Origin: a virus
Length of the DNA stretch: 64,000 nt
Direction: 5' to 3' (one strand)
IMG/VR virus record: IMGVR_UViG_3300009374_000001
Span: 11,248 to 75,247 of that record
Every line of letters starts with the position of its first letter. The first letter of the stretch is position 1. Positions 31,522 through 40,818 of this stretch are shown in pieces. A program made the translations under genes and the position numbers. The notes beneath the pieces are model-generated. The model searched no databases. It was not told where the DNA came from and saw only the letters and a program-made list of their open reading frames with translations.

Positions 31522-32811
31522 ATGAGGCTTCATTCATTTAAAGATTTTGTAAATGAATCTATGTCTAATTTATTAATTGAAGGTGGATCATTTGGCCATC
31601 TTCAGCACCCATTTGAAGATTTAACATTATCATTTACAGAGATAAAAGAACTTATTGAACTTTCTTTAGATATTGGATTTAGAAGGGAGAACATGGTTTC
31701 TGAGAAAACAGATGGCATTCAACTTTCTATTACATGGAAGAATGATGAGATAAGATTTGCAAAACAGGTTCACACAAAGAAGAATCAGGCAGAGAAAGCT
31801 TGGTTTCTTTCTGATGTTAAAGAGCAATGGAAAGCTGTAGCTGATGTGATGTATTTAGCAGGCTCGGATTTAAGTGCTGCTCTTTCTGCATTACCTAAGA
31901 AATTACTATTAGAAGTATTTGGTGAAGGCAGGAGATTTCTTTCATTAGAAGTTATTCATCCGAAGTCATCCAACACAGTTTATTATGGAAGCCCTTTATT
32001 AGTATTTCATGGCTTAATAGAATATGATGATAATGGTAAACAAGCCTCTGAGATGGATTCTAAGATTACTAAGATGCTTGAGAAAGAACTTGTTAAAGTT
32101 AATGCAAATAAACAATCATCGTTTTCTTTACAAGCTCCTAATTTTATTACACTAGTTAAGTCTGACAAGTTTCCAAAGATAGCAAATACGTTAAAGAGTA
32201 ACGTGAATAAAATTATAAAAGAAGCTGGGCTTAAAGACAGCGATACTATAGGTGATTTGCTATATTATTCGTTCGGTGAAAAGATTAAGTCTTGGGCAAA
32301 TTCATTTAATTATGAAATATCTATAGATGAAATTAATCTACTTTCGCAAAGATTTGCTGAACAAAAAGGTTCATACTTTACAGTTAGAGACATGAAGAAA
32401 ATTGAAAATGAAAAGTTTCAAGAGTGGGTGATTGGCTATTCAGCAAAAGCTGGCGGATGGAAGGCAGATTGGAAAGATTTTGTTCAGCCAATAGAAACTG
32501 TCTTTCTTAAGGTAGGTACAGAAGTAATGCAGCAAATGAGTTCTTATTTAGCAACTGATTTAGATGGAAGTAGCGAAGTAATGAGAAAACAATTAGAGGA
32601 TGCAATTAATGTTATAAACGCGTCTGATAATGCTACAGCTATTAAAAAAGTTGAAAGTGAAATGAAAAGAATTGAAAACGCGGGTGGCTTAAACAAATTA
32701 GTTGCAAGTGAAGGTATAGTTTTTAACTTTAAGGGAAAGCTTTATAAGTTTACTGGTCTTTTTGCTCCAATACATCAAATTGTTTCAATCATAAAATTTG
32801 GAAAGTTATAA
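31522..32811 (+). CDS. ATP-dependent ligase-fold nucleotidyltransferase (RNA-ligase-like) with CTS-like leader
   Basis: Motif I EKTDG, III LSLEVI, IIIa LVFHG, IV EGIVF, V YKF; leader MRLHSFKDFVNE. Confidence 0.65.
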   Translation: MRLHSFKDFVNESMSNLLIEGGSFGHLQHPFEDLTLSFTEIKELIELSLDIGFRRENMVSEKTDGIQLSITWKNDEIRFAKQVHTKKNQAEKAWFLSDVKEQWKAVADVMYLAGSDLSAALSALPKKLLLEVFGEGRRFLSLEVIHPKSSNTVYYGSPLLVFHGLIEYDDNGKQASEMDSKITKMLEKELVKVNANKQSSFSLQAPNFITLVKSDKFPKIANTLKSNVNKIIKEAGLKDSDTIGDLLYYSFGEKIKSWANSFNYEISIDEINLLSQRFAEQKGSYFTVRDMKKIENEKFQEWVIGYSAKAGGWKADWKDFVQPIETVFLKVGTEVMQQMSSYLATDLDGSSEVMRKQLEDAINVINASDNATAIKKVESEMKRIENAGGLNKLVASEGIVFNFKGKLYKFTGLFAPIHQIVSIIKFGKL

Positions 32812-33207
32812 ATGGGTATTATTAAAACGTTTGAGAACTTTATTAATGAAAGAATAGATTATCTTGAAGTTGCAAGTTCTCTTATTAAGCACTATGGCTT
32901 TAATACTAAAGTAAAGTTTGTTAAAAATTTAAAAAATAAAGCTGAATATGATTGGGATAGTGACACAATAAGATTAAGAACTTCATATAAAACAGAGAAA
33001 GATTTTCTTATTACTGTTTTACATGAAATTAATCATGTCAGGGGTGTATATGAAATGGGTGTTAAGAAATATAAAGATGAATATAAGCATGCAGGTGACA
33101 TTGCTTTAGCTAATAACGGAGATTTTTATAAAGATAACAGCTTTGAAATAAAGGCTGAAGATTGGGCACAAAGAGAAGTGAAAAAATGGATAAATAAAAT
33201 AAAATAA
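32812..33207 (+). CDS. HExxH zinc metallopeptidase-like protein with CTS-like leader
   Basis: TVLHEINH...FEIKAE; leader MGIIKTFENFINE. Confidence 0.65.
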   Translation: MGIIKTFENFINERIDYLEVASSLIKHYGFNTKVKFVKNLKNKAEYDWDSDTIRLRTSYKTEKDFLITVLHEINHVRGVYEMGVKKYKDEYKHAGDIALANNGDFYKDNSFEIKAEDWAQREVKKWINKIK

Positions 33208-33211
33208 TAAG

Positions 33212-33481
33212 ATGAAACAATCAGAATTAAGAAAACTAATTAGATTAACAATTAAAGAGCATATGAATGAAGATTCTTCTGGATCATTTCGGTCTAAGAA
33301 GCAAGTAGAACGGTTGACAAAGGGCAAATCTATTCGAGAAACATTTGTAAACCCATCGGTTGAATATAACGTTACTAACGATGGCGGTATTGTAATTTTT
33401 GGTAAAAGAGAAAAAGTTCATTTTACAAAGCAAGACGTTGAAGCTTTAGTAAAACAACTTAAAAGAAAAGGGATTGCTTAA
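33212..33481 (+). CDS. Small hypothetical protein with helical leader
   Basis: MKQSELRKLIRLTIKEHMNE. Confidence 0.6.
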   Translation: MKQSELRKLIRLTIKEHMNEDSSGSFRSKKQVERLTKGKSIRETFVNPSVEYNVTNDGGIVIFGKREKVHFTKQDVEALVKQLKRKGIA

Positions 33482-34068
33482 TGATTTTAGAGTTTAAACA
33501 ATTCGTAGAGTCTATCCAGTCTGAACATACCGGAGAGAAGGTAATTATATTCCCTGGGAGATTTCAGCCATTTCATAATGGGCATCTTAAAGCATTTGAA
33601 AAAGCTTATAAAATGTTCAAGTTAAGAGTTATACCTATACAAATAGTTAGTAAGAATAAGAACTCTCCAATTAAAGACAAAAAGCTCTTACAAGATATGG
33701 GTAATGCATTAGCAAAAGAGAATAAGAAGTTTATTGCAGATATACTGGTAAAGCCTGACAATGTTATGGGAAATATACCGCAAATGATTAAATGGCTTAG
33801 AAGCATTGGTTATAATCCAATGGGCATGGGAACTGGTGAAGATAGATATAAAGGCTATAAAGGCCAAATTGATTATCTTTTATCAGATAAGTCAGATGTG
33901 CCTACAGAAGAATTTGAATTAAAGGTAGTAGATGATAGAACAAGTGGTGCAAGTGGAACCGCAGTAAGACATGCATTTCAAGATGATGACGCAGATGCAC
34001 TTAAAGCGATGATTCCAGAGGTACTATTCTTTAAATTTTATAATAAAATAAAAAAAGCAATACAATGA
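33481..34068 (+). CDS. HIGH-family (cytidylyl/adenylyl-transferase-like) nucleotidyltransferase
   Basis: IFPGRFQPFHNGH, GEDR and SGTAVR; leader MILEFKQFVE. Confidence 0.85.
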   Translation: MILEFKQFVESIQSEHTGEKVIIFPGRFQPFHNGHLKAFEKAYKMFKLRVIPIQIVSKNKNSPIKDKKLLQDMGNALAKENKKFIADILVKPDNVMGNIPQMIKWLRSIGYNPMGMGTGEDRYKGYKGQIDYLLSDKSDVPTEEFELKVVDDRTSGASGTAVRHAFQDDDADALKAMIPEVLFFKFYNKIKKAIQ

Positions 34069-35072
34069 AGATAACAGAACAGAAATTGAGAAAACTTATA
34101 CAAGAAAACATTAAGACCCTTACTGAAAAACTTAAAAGATCATCTAGTGAATATGATAAATTTGAACAATGGCTAATCACTCTTGATCAAATGACAGTTG
34201 GTCATATACTTGACACGTTTGGGACAAAGTTACCAGACGGAGCAGATTTTGATACACCAGGCTATTTCCAAGATGAAGAACTTGACTACGACGATGCTTA
34301 CGATTTCTTTAGGAGTAACATGGGTGCATCTTGGGTTCAAGATATGGAAAAGTTTTATAGCAAAAATAAATCTAAATGCGATAAATACACAGAAAGATAT
34401 ACAAAGCAACTTAAAATCTTTAACGAAAATCATTTAAATGAAAAAGACGTATGGTCTATTAAAGGCTTAGACTCTTCAGATCAACAGGATGTTAATTTAA
34501 TGAAGCGCGCATTTGAACTTGCAAAAGTTAAAATTATAAAGATAGAAAAATATAACGATAGAGCTTACTTTATTACTTTAATTGCAAAAGATGGCAAAGC
34601 CATTATTGATACAGAGATTGATACTTTAAGTAATGTCTTTTATATGAATGATAATAGAGGCAGAAATAAAATCGGCACACTGCATAGAACAAGTGAAGTT
34701 GTTAAGGGTATTAAAGCTCTTGCAAAACTTCCAGGATTTGGACAAACAAGCTTAGTTAAAGTTAAAGAGTCTTTGGACGAAACATATAAGCTTCGCAAAA
34801 TTATTAGAAAAGAACTTCAAACTTTGAATGAAGCTAAGATGAGCAAGAAAGAATATCAAGAAGCAGCAAAAGAATTTGTTAATCAATGGGAAGATGATTT
34901 TAAACAAAGAATCAAAGATGACGGCGGATTTGATTATGAAGAAATGACATATGACACTGCTCAAGCTAATAACTTATGGAACGATGGACCTAAGATGGAC
35001 GCAGATTGGTTATATGACTATATAGAAAAAGAATTAGAAAAGCGACAGTGGTATAAAAAATACACAAAATAA
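34065..35072 (+). CDS. Multi-module hypothetical protein with N-terminal and internal helical leaders
   Basis: MKITEQKLRKLIQENIKTLTE; internal HLNE; internal YKLRKIIRKELQTLNE. Confidence 0.6.
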   Translation: MKITEQKLRKLIQENIKTLTEKLKRSSSEYDKFEQWLITLDQMTVGHILDTFGTKLPDGADFDTPGYFQDEELDYDDAYDFFRSNMGASWVQDMEKFYSKNKSKCDKYTERYTKQLKIFNENHLNEKDVWSIKGLDSSDQQDVNLMKRAFELAKVKIIKIEKYNDRAYFITLIAKDGKAIIDTEIDTLSNVFYMNDNRGRNKIGTLHRTSEVVKGIKALAKLPGFGQTSLVKVKESLDETYKLRKIIRKELQTLNEAKMSKKEYQEAAKEFVNQWEDDFKQRIKDDGGFDYEEMTYDTAQANNLWNDGPKMDADWLYDYIEKELEKRQWYKKYTK

Positions 35073-35082
35073 AAATAATACA

Positions 35083-35310
35083 GTGAAAGAGCAAGAATTA
35101 AGAAAACTTATTAGAAAAGAGCTTAACGAACGTATTTCTGGTTATGATGAATTTGATGTAGCAGTTAAAATTGATTCTGCTATGGAAAAGCTTGACAAAA
35201 ATATGGGAGTTGAAGTATTTGCAAAGGGTATTGCTAATATGTTTAATGACGTATATGGGAAAGAATATGCAAAAGATTTTTATGAAAATATTAACAAAAA
35301 ATATCAATGA
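35083..35310 (+). CDS. Small hypothetical protein with helical leader
   Basis: GTG start, MKEQELRKLIRKELNE. Confidence 0.6.
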   Translation: MKEQELRKLIRKELNERISGYDEFDVAVKIDSAMEKLDKNMGVEVFAKGIANMFNDVYGKEYAKDFYENINKKYQ

Positions 35311-36188
35311 TTAAAACTTTTAAAGAGTTCTTGAAGCTTTATGAAAGCGGTAATGCTATTGATGACGTAAGACCTATTTTAGGTAGAGAGATACCTGAAA
35401 CCTTAGAGCATGTAGAAAGGGATCTTTTAAATGCAGTAGGTTTAGATGGTTTTGATATAGATGCAGCAGTTATAGGTTCAGCTGGAAAGAAAGGCGATGA
35501 TATAGAATCAGGAGATATTGATATTGCGGTAAGTATTGATAAACTTGCAGGTGAAAACTCAACTTCTATCAATGAAGTATTAAAGTTTTTAAATATGACT
35601 TTAAAAGCTGCAGGTTATGATACTGCAGTTAATTATGGATTCAAACAAGTTTCAGTGCCATTTCCTATTAAAGGAGATAAAGCCAATGGATATTGTCAAG
35701 TTGACTTAATGCTTTCGGATAGCTTAGAATGGTCAAAATTTATGTATCATAGTCCAGATTTTACCAAGACAGAGTCAAGATATAAAGGTGCATACAGAAA
35801 CTTATTAATGATGGCAATTGCAACAGAGTCTAAAAAAGAAGCCACTAAGAAACTAGACACTGGAGAAACCGTTGAATATGAGCAGTTAGTCATTAGATTA
35901 AATACAGGTCTTGTTAAAGTTAGAAAGTCTTTACAGGGTAAACGTGGCTTGGTTAAAACACCTAAACTTTTAAAAGATTTTGATAGAGTTGTAAGCAATG
36001 TTCCAGATGAAGTAGCTGAAGCTTTATTTGGTGAAGGCGTTAAAGCTAAAGATATAATGACATTTGAAAAATGCTGGGATCTTTTTAATTCAAAAACATT
36101 TCCATATAAAAATAAAGAAGATATTATTATACAAAAATTTGAAATATATTTAAGTAAATCAAAGTTACCATTCCCTGAGGAACTATAA
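35307..36188 (+). CDS. Pol-beta-superfamily nucleotidyltransferase with CTS-like leader
   Basis: IGSAGKK...SGDIDIAV and third Asp in QVDLM; leader MIKTFKEFLKLYE. Confidence 0.75.
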   Translation: MIKTFKEFLKLYESGNAIDDVRPILGREIPETLEHVERDLLNAVGLDGFDIDAAVIGSAGKKGDDIESGDIDIAVSIDKLAGENSTSINEVLKFLNMTLKAAGYDTAVNYGFKQVSVPFPIKGDKANGYCQVDLMLSDSLEWSKFMYHSPDFTKTESRYKGAYRNLLMMAIATESKKEATKKLDTGETVEYEQLVIRLNTGLVKVRKSLQGKRGLVKTPKLLKDFDRVVSNVPDEVAEALFGEGVKAKDIMTFEKCWDLFNSKTFPYKNKEDIIIQKFEIYLSKSKLPFPEEL

Positions 36189-37090
36189 TGAAAATTGAAT
36201 CATATTCAAATTATACAACTCTACAAGAGGCTAAGCTTTATGGCTTTACTATTAAACAACTGTTAAACAGTACCTTAAAATTTAAAGGTAAGACTCTAAT
36301 TTATTTTGATACTGAAACACTAGGGCTTAAGCCTCATGTAGATTATATTCAGCTTACGCAAGTTGCAGCAATTGCGTATGATGGCTCAACTATGAAAGAA
36401 CTTGATTCGTTTAACACTAAGGCTAAATTAGGAGACCCCGCAAAGCATTTATTAAAACCTGATTCTGATGAAAGAAAAGGATGGGAAGAAAGACAAAAGG
36501 CAAGAGGTAAAAGTAAAGGGTTAAGCAATCCTGATGAACTCTTAAAAATGACAAGATACGGCGATGAGGGTGTTGATTTTATAGAAGAGAAAAAATCAAT
36601 AGAAGATTTTATTTCATTTATATCTAAGTTTAAAGATCCTATTTTAATTGCGCACAATGCACCCTTTGATATGAAATTTATGCATGTAAGAGCTAAATTA
36701 TTTGATTTAAAGTTCCCTAAAGCTGAAGTATTAGATACATTAAAATTGTCAAGACTTTATTTTGTTCCTCTTTTACAAGCTGCTGAGAATAGCAAAGAGT
36801 TAGAAAGTATTTTAACAGCTTTATCTAATAAGTTAAAAACAGGAGAACGTGGAAACAAAGTTTCATCGACGCTTGGAAATTTAGGAAAGGCGTTAGGCGT
36901 AAGTGTTGATTCATGGCATGACGCAAAAGCTGATGTTGAGATGTTAATGCAAATTGTTGAAAGAATGAAAGAATTCTTTACCCAATACATTGATATAGAT
37001 ATTAGTAAGGAGCATCAGCATGCTGCAAAACTCGATGCTCTTTCTAAAAAGCCTTGGTGGTGGTCTAAGAAAAAGAAATACAGGATATAA
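36188..37090 (+). CDS. DEDDh 3'-5' exonuclease (DnaQ-like) with CTS-like leader
   Basis: FDTETLGL, AHNAPFD and WHDAKADV; leader MKIESYSNYTTLQE. Confidence 0.85.
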   Translation: MKIESYSNYTTLQEAKLYGFTIKQLLNSTLKFKGKTLIYFDTETLGLKPHVDYIQLTQVAAIAYDGSTMKELDSFNTKAKLGDPAKHLLKPDSDERKGWEERQKARGKSKGLSNPDELLKMTRYGDEGVDFIEEKKSIEDFISFISKFKDPILIAHNAPFDMKFMHVRAKLFDLKFPKAEVLDTLKLSRLYFVPLLQAAENSKELESILTALSNKLKTGERGNKVSSTLGNLGKALGVSVDSWHDAKADVEMLMQIVERMKEFFTQYIDIDISKEHQHAAKLDALSKKPWWWSKKKKYRI

Positions 37091-37497
37091 TGAAAATTAA
37101 ATCATATCCAAATTATATTACAGAAAATCCAGACAAGATCTATGTTGGTAAGGTAAATGAGTTTGATTATTTAAAATCAGAGCTTGATAATGCTAAGAAA
37201 GTTTTTAAAGAATTACAGAAGATGTACCCAGATATTCCAAAGTTTCCATTAGTCTTTAAAGATTTAAAGGGAAGAGGGAGTGGGTTTTTAACTACGACTA
37301 GATTAAGAGGCGGCAAGTTTATTTTTATAGATAAAATGACTATCGATAATACAGGTTTAACTAGTAACCCAGCGGACTATGCAGTGTGTCATGAATTTGC
37401 TCATGCAATTCTTGCACATACAAAGCAATCGCTTGCTCATAGTAAAGCACACGACAAGCTTACATATAAACTTGCAAAAAAATTTAATTTAGTATGA
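37090..37497 (+). CDS. SprT-like HExxH metallopeptidase with CTS-like leader
   Basis: VCHEFAHA...AHSKAH; leader MKIKSYPNYITE. Confidence 0.65.
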   Translation: MKIKSYPNYITENPDKIYVGKVNEFDYLKSELDNAKKVFKELQKMYPDIPKFPLVFKDLKGRGSGFLTTTRLRGGKFIFIDKMTIDNTGLTSNPADYAVCHEFAHAILAHTKQSLAHSKAHDKLTYKLAKKFNLV

Positions 37498-38558
37498 AAA
37501 TTAAATCATATACAAACTTCATTAATGAAGGTGGCTGGTCAAGTGCAAAGACACAATCTACTGTATTAACCCCACATGTTTTAAAGCTTGCACATGAAAC
37601 ATTACAAAGTATTTTTAAAGAGTTTAATGCCTGGCTTGATAAAGAAGGAATGCCTCCGATGAAACCAATACGGGCAGTTGGCTCAGGCAGTTATTGGGAA
37701 GATGATTTAGTTAATCAACCAGATAAATTATATGGTGATATTGATTACTTATTTGAATATCCGATTTTAGAGTTTGATCCAAATCCTACAAATAATAGAA
37801 AAAATGAATTAGATACAATTAAGCTTTATAATGAAATGCTTTTAGATTGGATAAAGGCGTTTAAGCCAAATTCTGTTGATTATGAAGAGTCTGTTAAGAT
37901 ATCAAGCCCAACAAGTATTAAGCTTTTAATAATTCCAAAAGATGACATGTTTATACAAGCAGACATTTTAATTACTAGTGGCATCTATAAAGATTGGGCG
38001 ATAGGTAGATATACACCAGTAAAAGACATAAAAGGTTTTGTTATTGGCTATTTGTATAAAGCAATTGGCTTGACTTTAACCATGAGCTTTCTTGATAGAG
38101 GAGTAAGAGCAAAGTTTATTGATGGTAACTTAGTTAGTTTTAGAAAGAGAAAAAATGTCGAAGAGATGATTATTAGTTTAGACTTTGGCAACTTCTTATA
38201 CGATATTGCTGAATGGGCAATGGAATTTGATGGTAAGAATAAAAAGAAGATGAAAGTACATAAGCTCCTAAAGCAGCAAAAAGGTTTAACAAGAGATAAT
38301 GTTACACTTGAAAAATTCTGTGTAGGCATTAAGGGTCTTGCATATACATTAGAAATGAACGACTTATTACACATATTCTCTCTTTCAAGTGCAGATGACA
38401 TGATAAACAAGACAGAAGAAAATTATATAAATTCAATATCTGATGTAAGGCATAGCAGTAAGTTTAAGAAAGCTGAAACAGCTCATGCTAGGGCTGCTAT
38501 GGAGAAGATATTTAAATTCATTGATTATGGAATAGAAACAGTAAGTAGAAGTTTATGA
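37494..38558 (+). CDS. Pol-beta-superfamily nucleotidyltransferase with CTS-like leader
   Basis: VGSGS...YGDIDYL and IQADIL; leader MKIKSYTNFINE. Confidence 0.7.
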   Translation: MKIKSYTNFINEGGWSSAKTQSTVLTPHVLKLAHETLQSIFKEFNAWLDKEGMPPMKPIRAVGSGSYWEDDLVNQPDKLYGDIDYLFEYPILEFDPNPTNNRKNELDTIKLYNEMLLDWIKAFKPNSVDYEESVKISSPTSIKLLIIPKDDMFIQADILITSGIYKDWAIGRYTPVKDIKGFVIGYLYKAIGLTLTMSFLDRGVRAKFIDGNLVSFRKRKNVEEMIISLDFGNFLYDIAEWAMEFDGKNKKKMKVHKLLKQQKGLTRDNVTLEKFCVGIKGLAYTLEMNDLLHIFSLSSADDMINKTEENYINSISDVRHSSKFKKAETAHARAAMEKIFKFIDYGIETVSRSL

Positions 38559-40792
38559 AATCACTATATAAAGAAAAGAACTTAGACAAATTATTTAAAC
38601 AGAGTCTTTTAGTAACAGAAAAGATTGACGCGCCTAGAATTAAGGTGAAGAAAGTTAACGATGGTTTTGAAATATTTAAGGCAAATTCAAATACGGCATT
38701 AAACGTAGTTGATAGAACTTTAACATCATTATACGAAAATGCGTATGAGCATTTTTCAAGTTTTTGGAAAGATATGATTGAAGAAGTCCCAGATAATTAC
38801 ATATTTGAAATGTATTATATGACTAATACAAAGCCAGTAAGAACTGAATATGACAGGCTACCGAAGAATAATCTAATACTTATATCAATTCAAGTAATGG
38901 AGAATGATAAAGTTAAAAAGATTATTAGAGAGCCTAAGATACTAAATGAATGGGCAGATAAATTTGAAATAGAACACCCGCCTATTTTATTTAACGATAA
39001 ATTAAGTGAGAATCAGAAATTTAAGTTAAAAGAGTTGCTATCACAGAGCAGTAAAGATGTTTTTGGGCTATTCAGTAATAGTTCATTTACAGCACATATT
39101 ATGTCAGTGCTAGACCCTAGAATTCATGAGATGACACTTAACAAAGATACACATAAGAATACTAATGGATTTATTTTTACATTTCATGCAGGAAAGGTTG
39201 TTTCTAATCTGCTACTACAGAGCTCTCTTAAAGAAAGTAATGATTCATATACGCCTAATGATTCATACGACTTAGTATTACTAGACTTAGTAGAATATAT
39301 GATAAAAGATGAATCATGGGAGCATATTTTGCTTAAAGAACATGGTGAAGATTTAAGATATTTAGAGTGTATCTCAAATATTTTTAATATGTATATGGAA
39401 AAGAATATGCATAGACTTTTAGGAATGAGTTTAGAGAAAATGGATTTTGCAAATAAGCCAGAATTTAAACTTAATAAAAAAAATATTAAGAACAAAAGAA
39501 CTAACGAATTATTAGACATTCATGTTTTAAGTGAAATCTTTCAGGCAATGTTGGGTAGTTTCAGAAAGCATAGAAGCAAAGAAACTACACTAATTTCAAA
39601 TGCTGCTATTACAGAAATAAATTTATTGATTGATAAGATTAATGAAAAGATAGGAAAAGAACCAGATATTATAGAGGACAGCGATGAAGTTAAAGATTTT
39701 GAAAGTTTTATGATTAGTGAAGGTAGAGATGAAATAATTAATAATATAAATCTTTCATTGAAAGACTTGGAGATTGATCAATTAAATTATATCAATACAT
39801 ACATTAATAAACAAGGATTAAGTTCAAAAATTAAAGAGATTTTTTCAGGCTTAGGCTTAACGACTGGTATAGATAAAGTAGTTAATGGCTTTTTATCTTT
39901 ATTAGTTGGCGCAGGCGGATCATTAGAAGATAATATAGAAATAGTTGATAAATTATCAATAGACGGGACGTTATTCAATGATTTAGATATTGGGAAGGTG
40001 TCAAATTTTAAGAATAATTTAATTACTAATAGCAAATTTCACACAAAGCTTATCAAGACTTTTATTGACTGGGAGCCTAAAAAAATAGATAAATCTGCAA
40101 TTGGAAAAGGAGAAGCATTTTTAATTGCTTTATTGGGCGGACGAAAAGCAGAACATGGAGATATTAAAATAGGTGATAATAATTATGAAGTTAAAGGTAG
40201 AGGGGCTCGATTAAAAGCGCAAAGGGGCTATGGTACTTTTATAAATAATGAAAAAACTTTCATTAAAGATTTTTCTAGTGTTGTTAACTATGGGTTTACA
40301 CCAAAAGAGAAAATAAATAATAAATATTTAGATAAAAAGAAAAATATACTACCCTTTAAAGAAATATCTAAAAACATTAACAATATTAATTTTACTGATA
40401 AAGGATTATCAATGTATAGAGAGTTTATATTAAATGCAGATAACCCACTTAAAGCTGTAGAAGTATTACAAGAGTTGTTTAGAAAGATTTTTGTAAATGT
40501 TAGTAATTTTAATGAATTATCATTTTTAGATACTTTAAATTCATCCGCTTCAGAAAAAAAGATGCTTATGGATTTTAAATTAGAGTACAGCAGATTTATA
40601 TTTGATTATTATAAGAAACAAGAAAAATGGGATTATTTAATGTTTATAAATTTAGATAACGCTAATTATGTCTGCATTGAAAAATCTAATGAATTTGTGA
40701 ATTTAATAAAAAATGGAAAAATAAAAATAAATGTAAGCCATAGCTGGACCCAAACACAAAATAATGTTCCACAATATACATTAGTGGCTTAA
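38555..40792 (+). CDS. Fusion: degenerate ligase-like N-domain plus C-terminal PD-(D/E)xK-like nuclease domain
   Basis: VTEKIDA (KxDG-like) near the start; internal VKDFESFMISE; IGKGE...GDIKIGDNNYEVKG. Confidence 0.5.
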   Translation: MKSLYKEKNLDKLFKQSLLVTEKIDAPRIKVKKVNDGFEIFKANSNTALNVVDRTLTSLYENAYEHFSSFWKDMIEEVPDNYIFEMYYMTNTKPVRTEYDRLPKNNLILISIQVMENDKVKKIIREPKILNEWADKFEIEHPPILFNDKLSENQKFKLKELLSQSSKDVFGLFSNSSFTAHIMSVLDPRIHEMTLNKDTHKNTNGFIFTFHAGKVVSNLLLQSSLKESNDSYTPNDSYDLVLLDLVEYMIKDESWEHILLKEHGEDLRYLECISNIFNMYMEKNMHRLLGMSLEKMDFANKPEFKLNKKNIKNKRTNELLDIHVLSEIFQAMLGSFRKHRSKETTLISNAAITEINLLIDKINEKIGKEPDIIEDSDEVKDFESFMISEGRDEIINNINLSLKDLEIDQLNYINTYINKQGLSSKIKEIFSGLGLTTGIDKVVNGFLSLLVGAGGSLEDNIEIVDKLSIDGTLFNDLDIGKVSNFKNNLITNSKFHTKLIKTFIDWEPKKIDKSAIGKGEAFLIALLGGRKAEHGDIKIGDNNYEVKGRGARLKAQRGYGTFINNEKTFIKDFSSVVNYGFTPKEKINNKYLDKKKNILPFKEISKNINNINFTDKGLSMYREFILNADNPLKAVEVLQELFRKIFVNVSNFNELSFLDTLNSSASEKKMLMDFKLEYSRFIFDYYKKQEKWDYLMFINLDNANYVCIEKSNEFVNLIKNGKIKINVSHSWTQTQNNVPQYTLVA

Positions 40793-40800
40793 ATATATAA
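40792..40800 (+). promoter_or_regulatory. Candidate late promoter
   Basis: AATATATAA before ORF 40819. Confidence 0.4.
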
Positions 40801-40818
40801 AAAAACAAATATAAAATT

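Noticed and set aside
35307-38558. Calling the NTases a CBASS cyclase or toxin-antitoxin system
   Set aside because: Only the generic GS/DxD/D core is visible; no recognisable CBASS effector or HEPN partner is adjacent.
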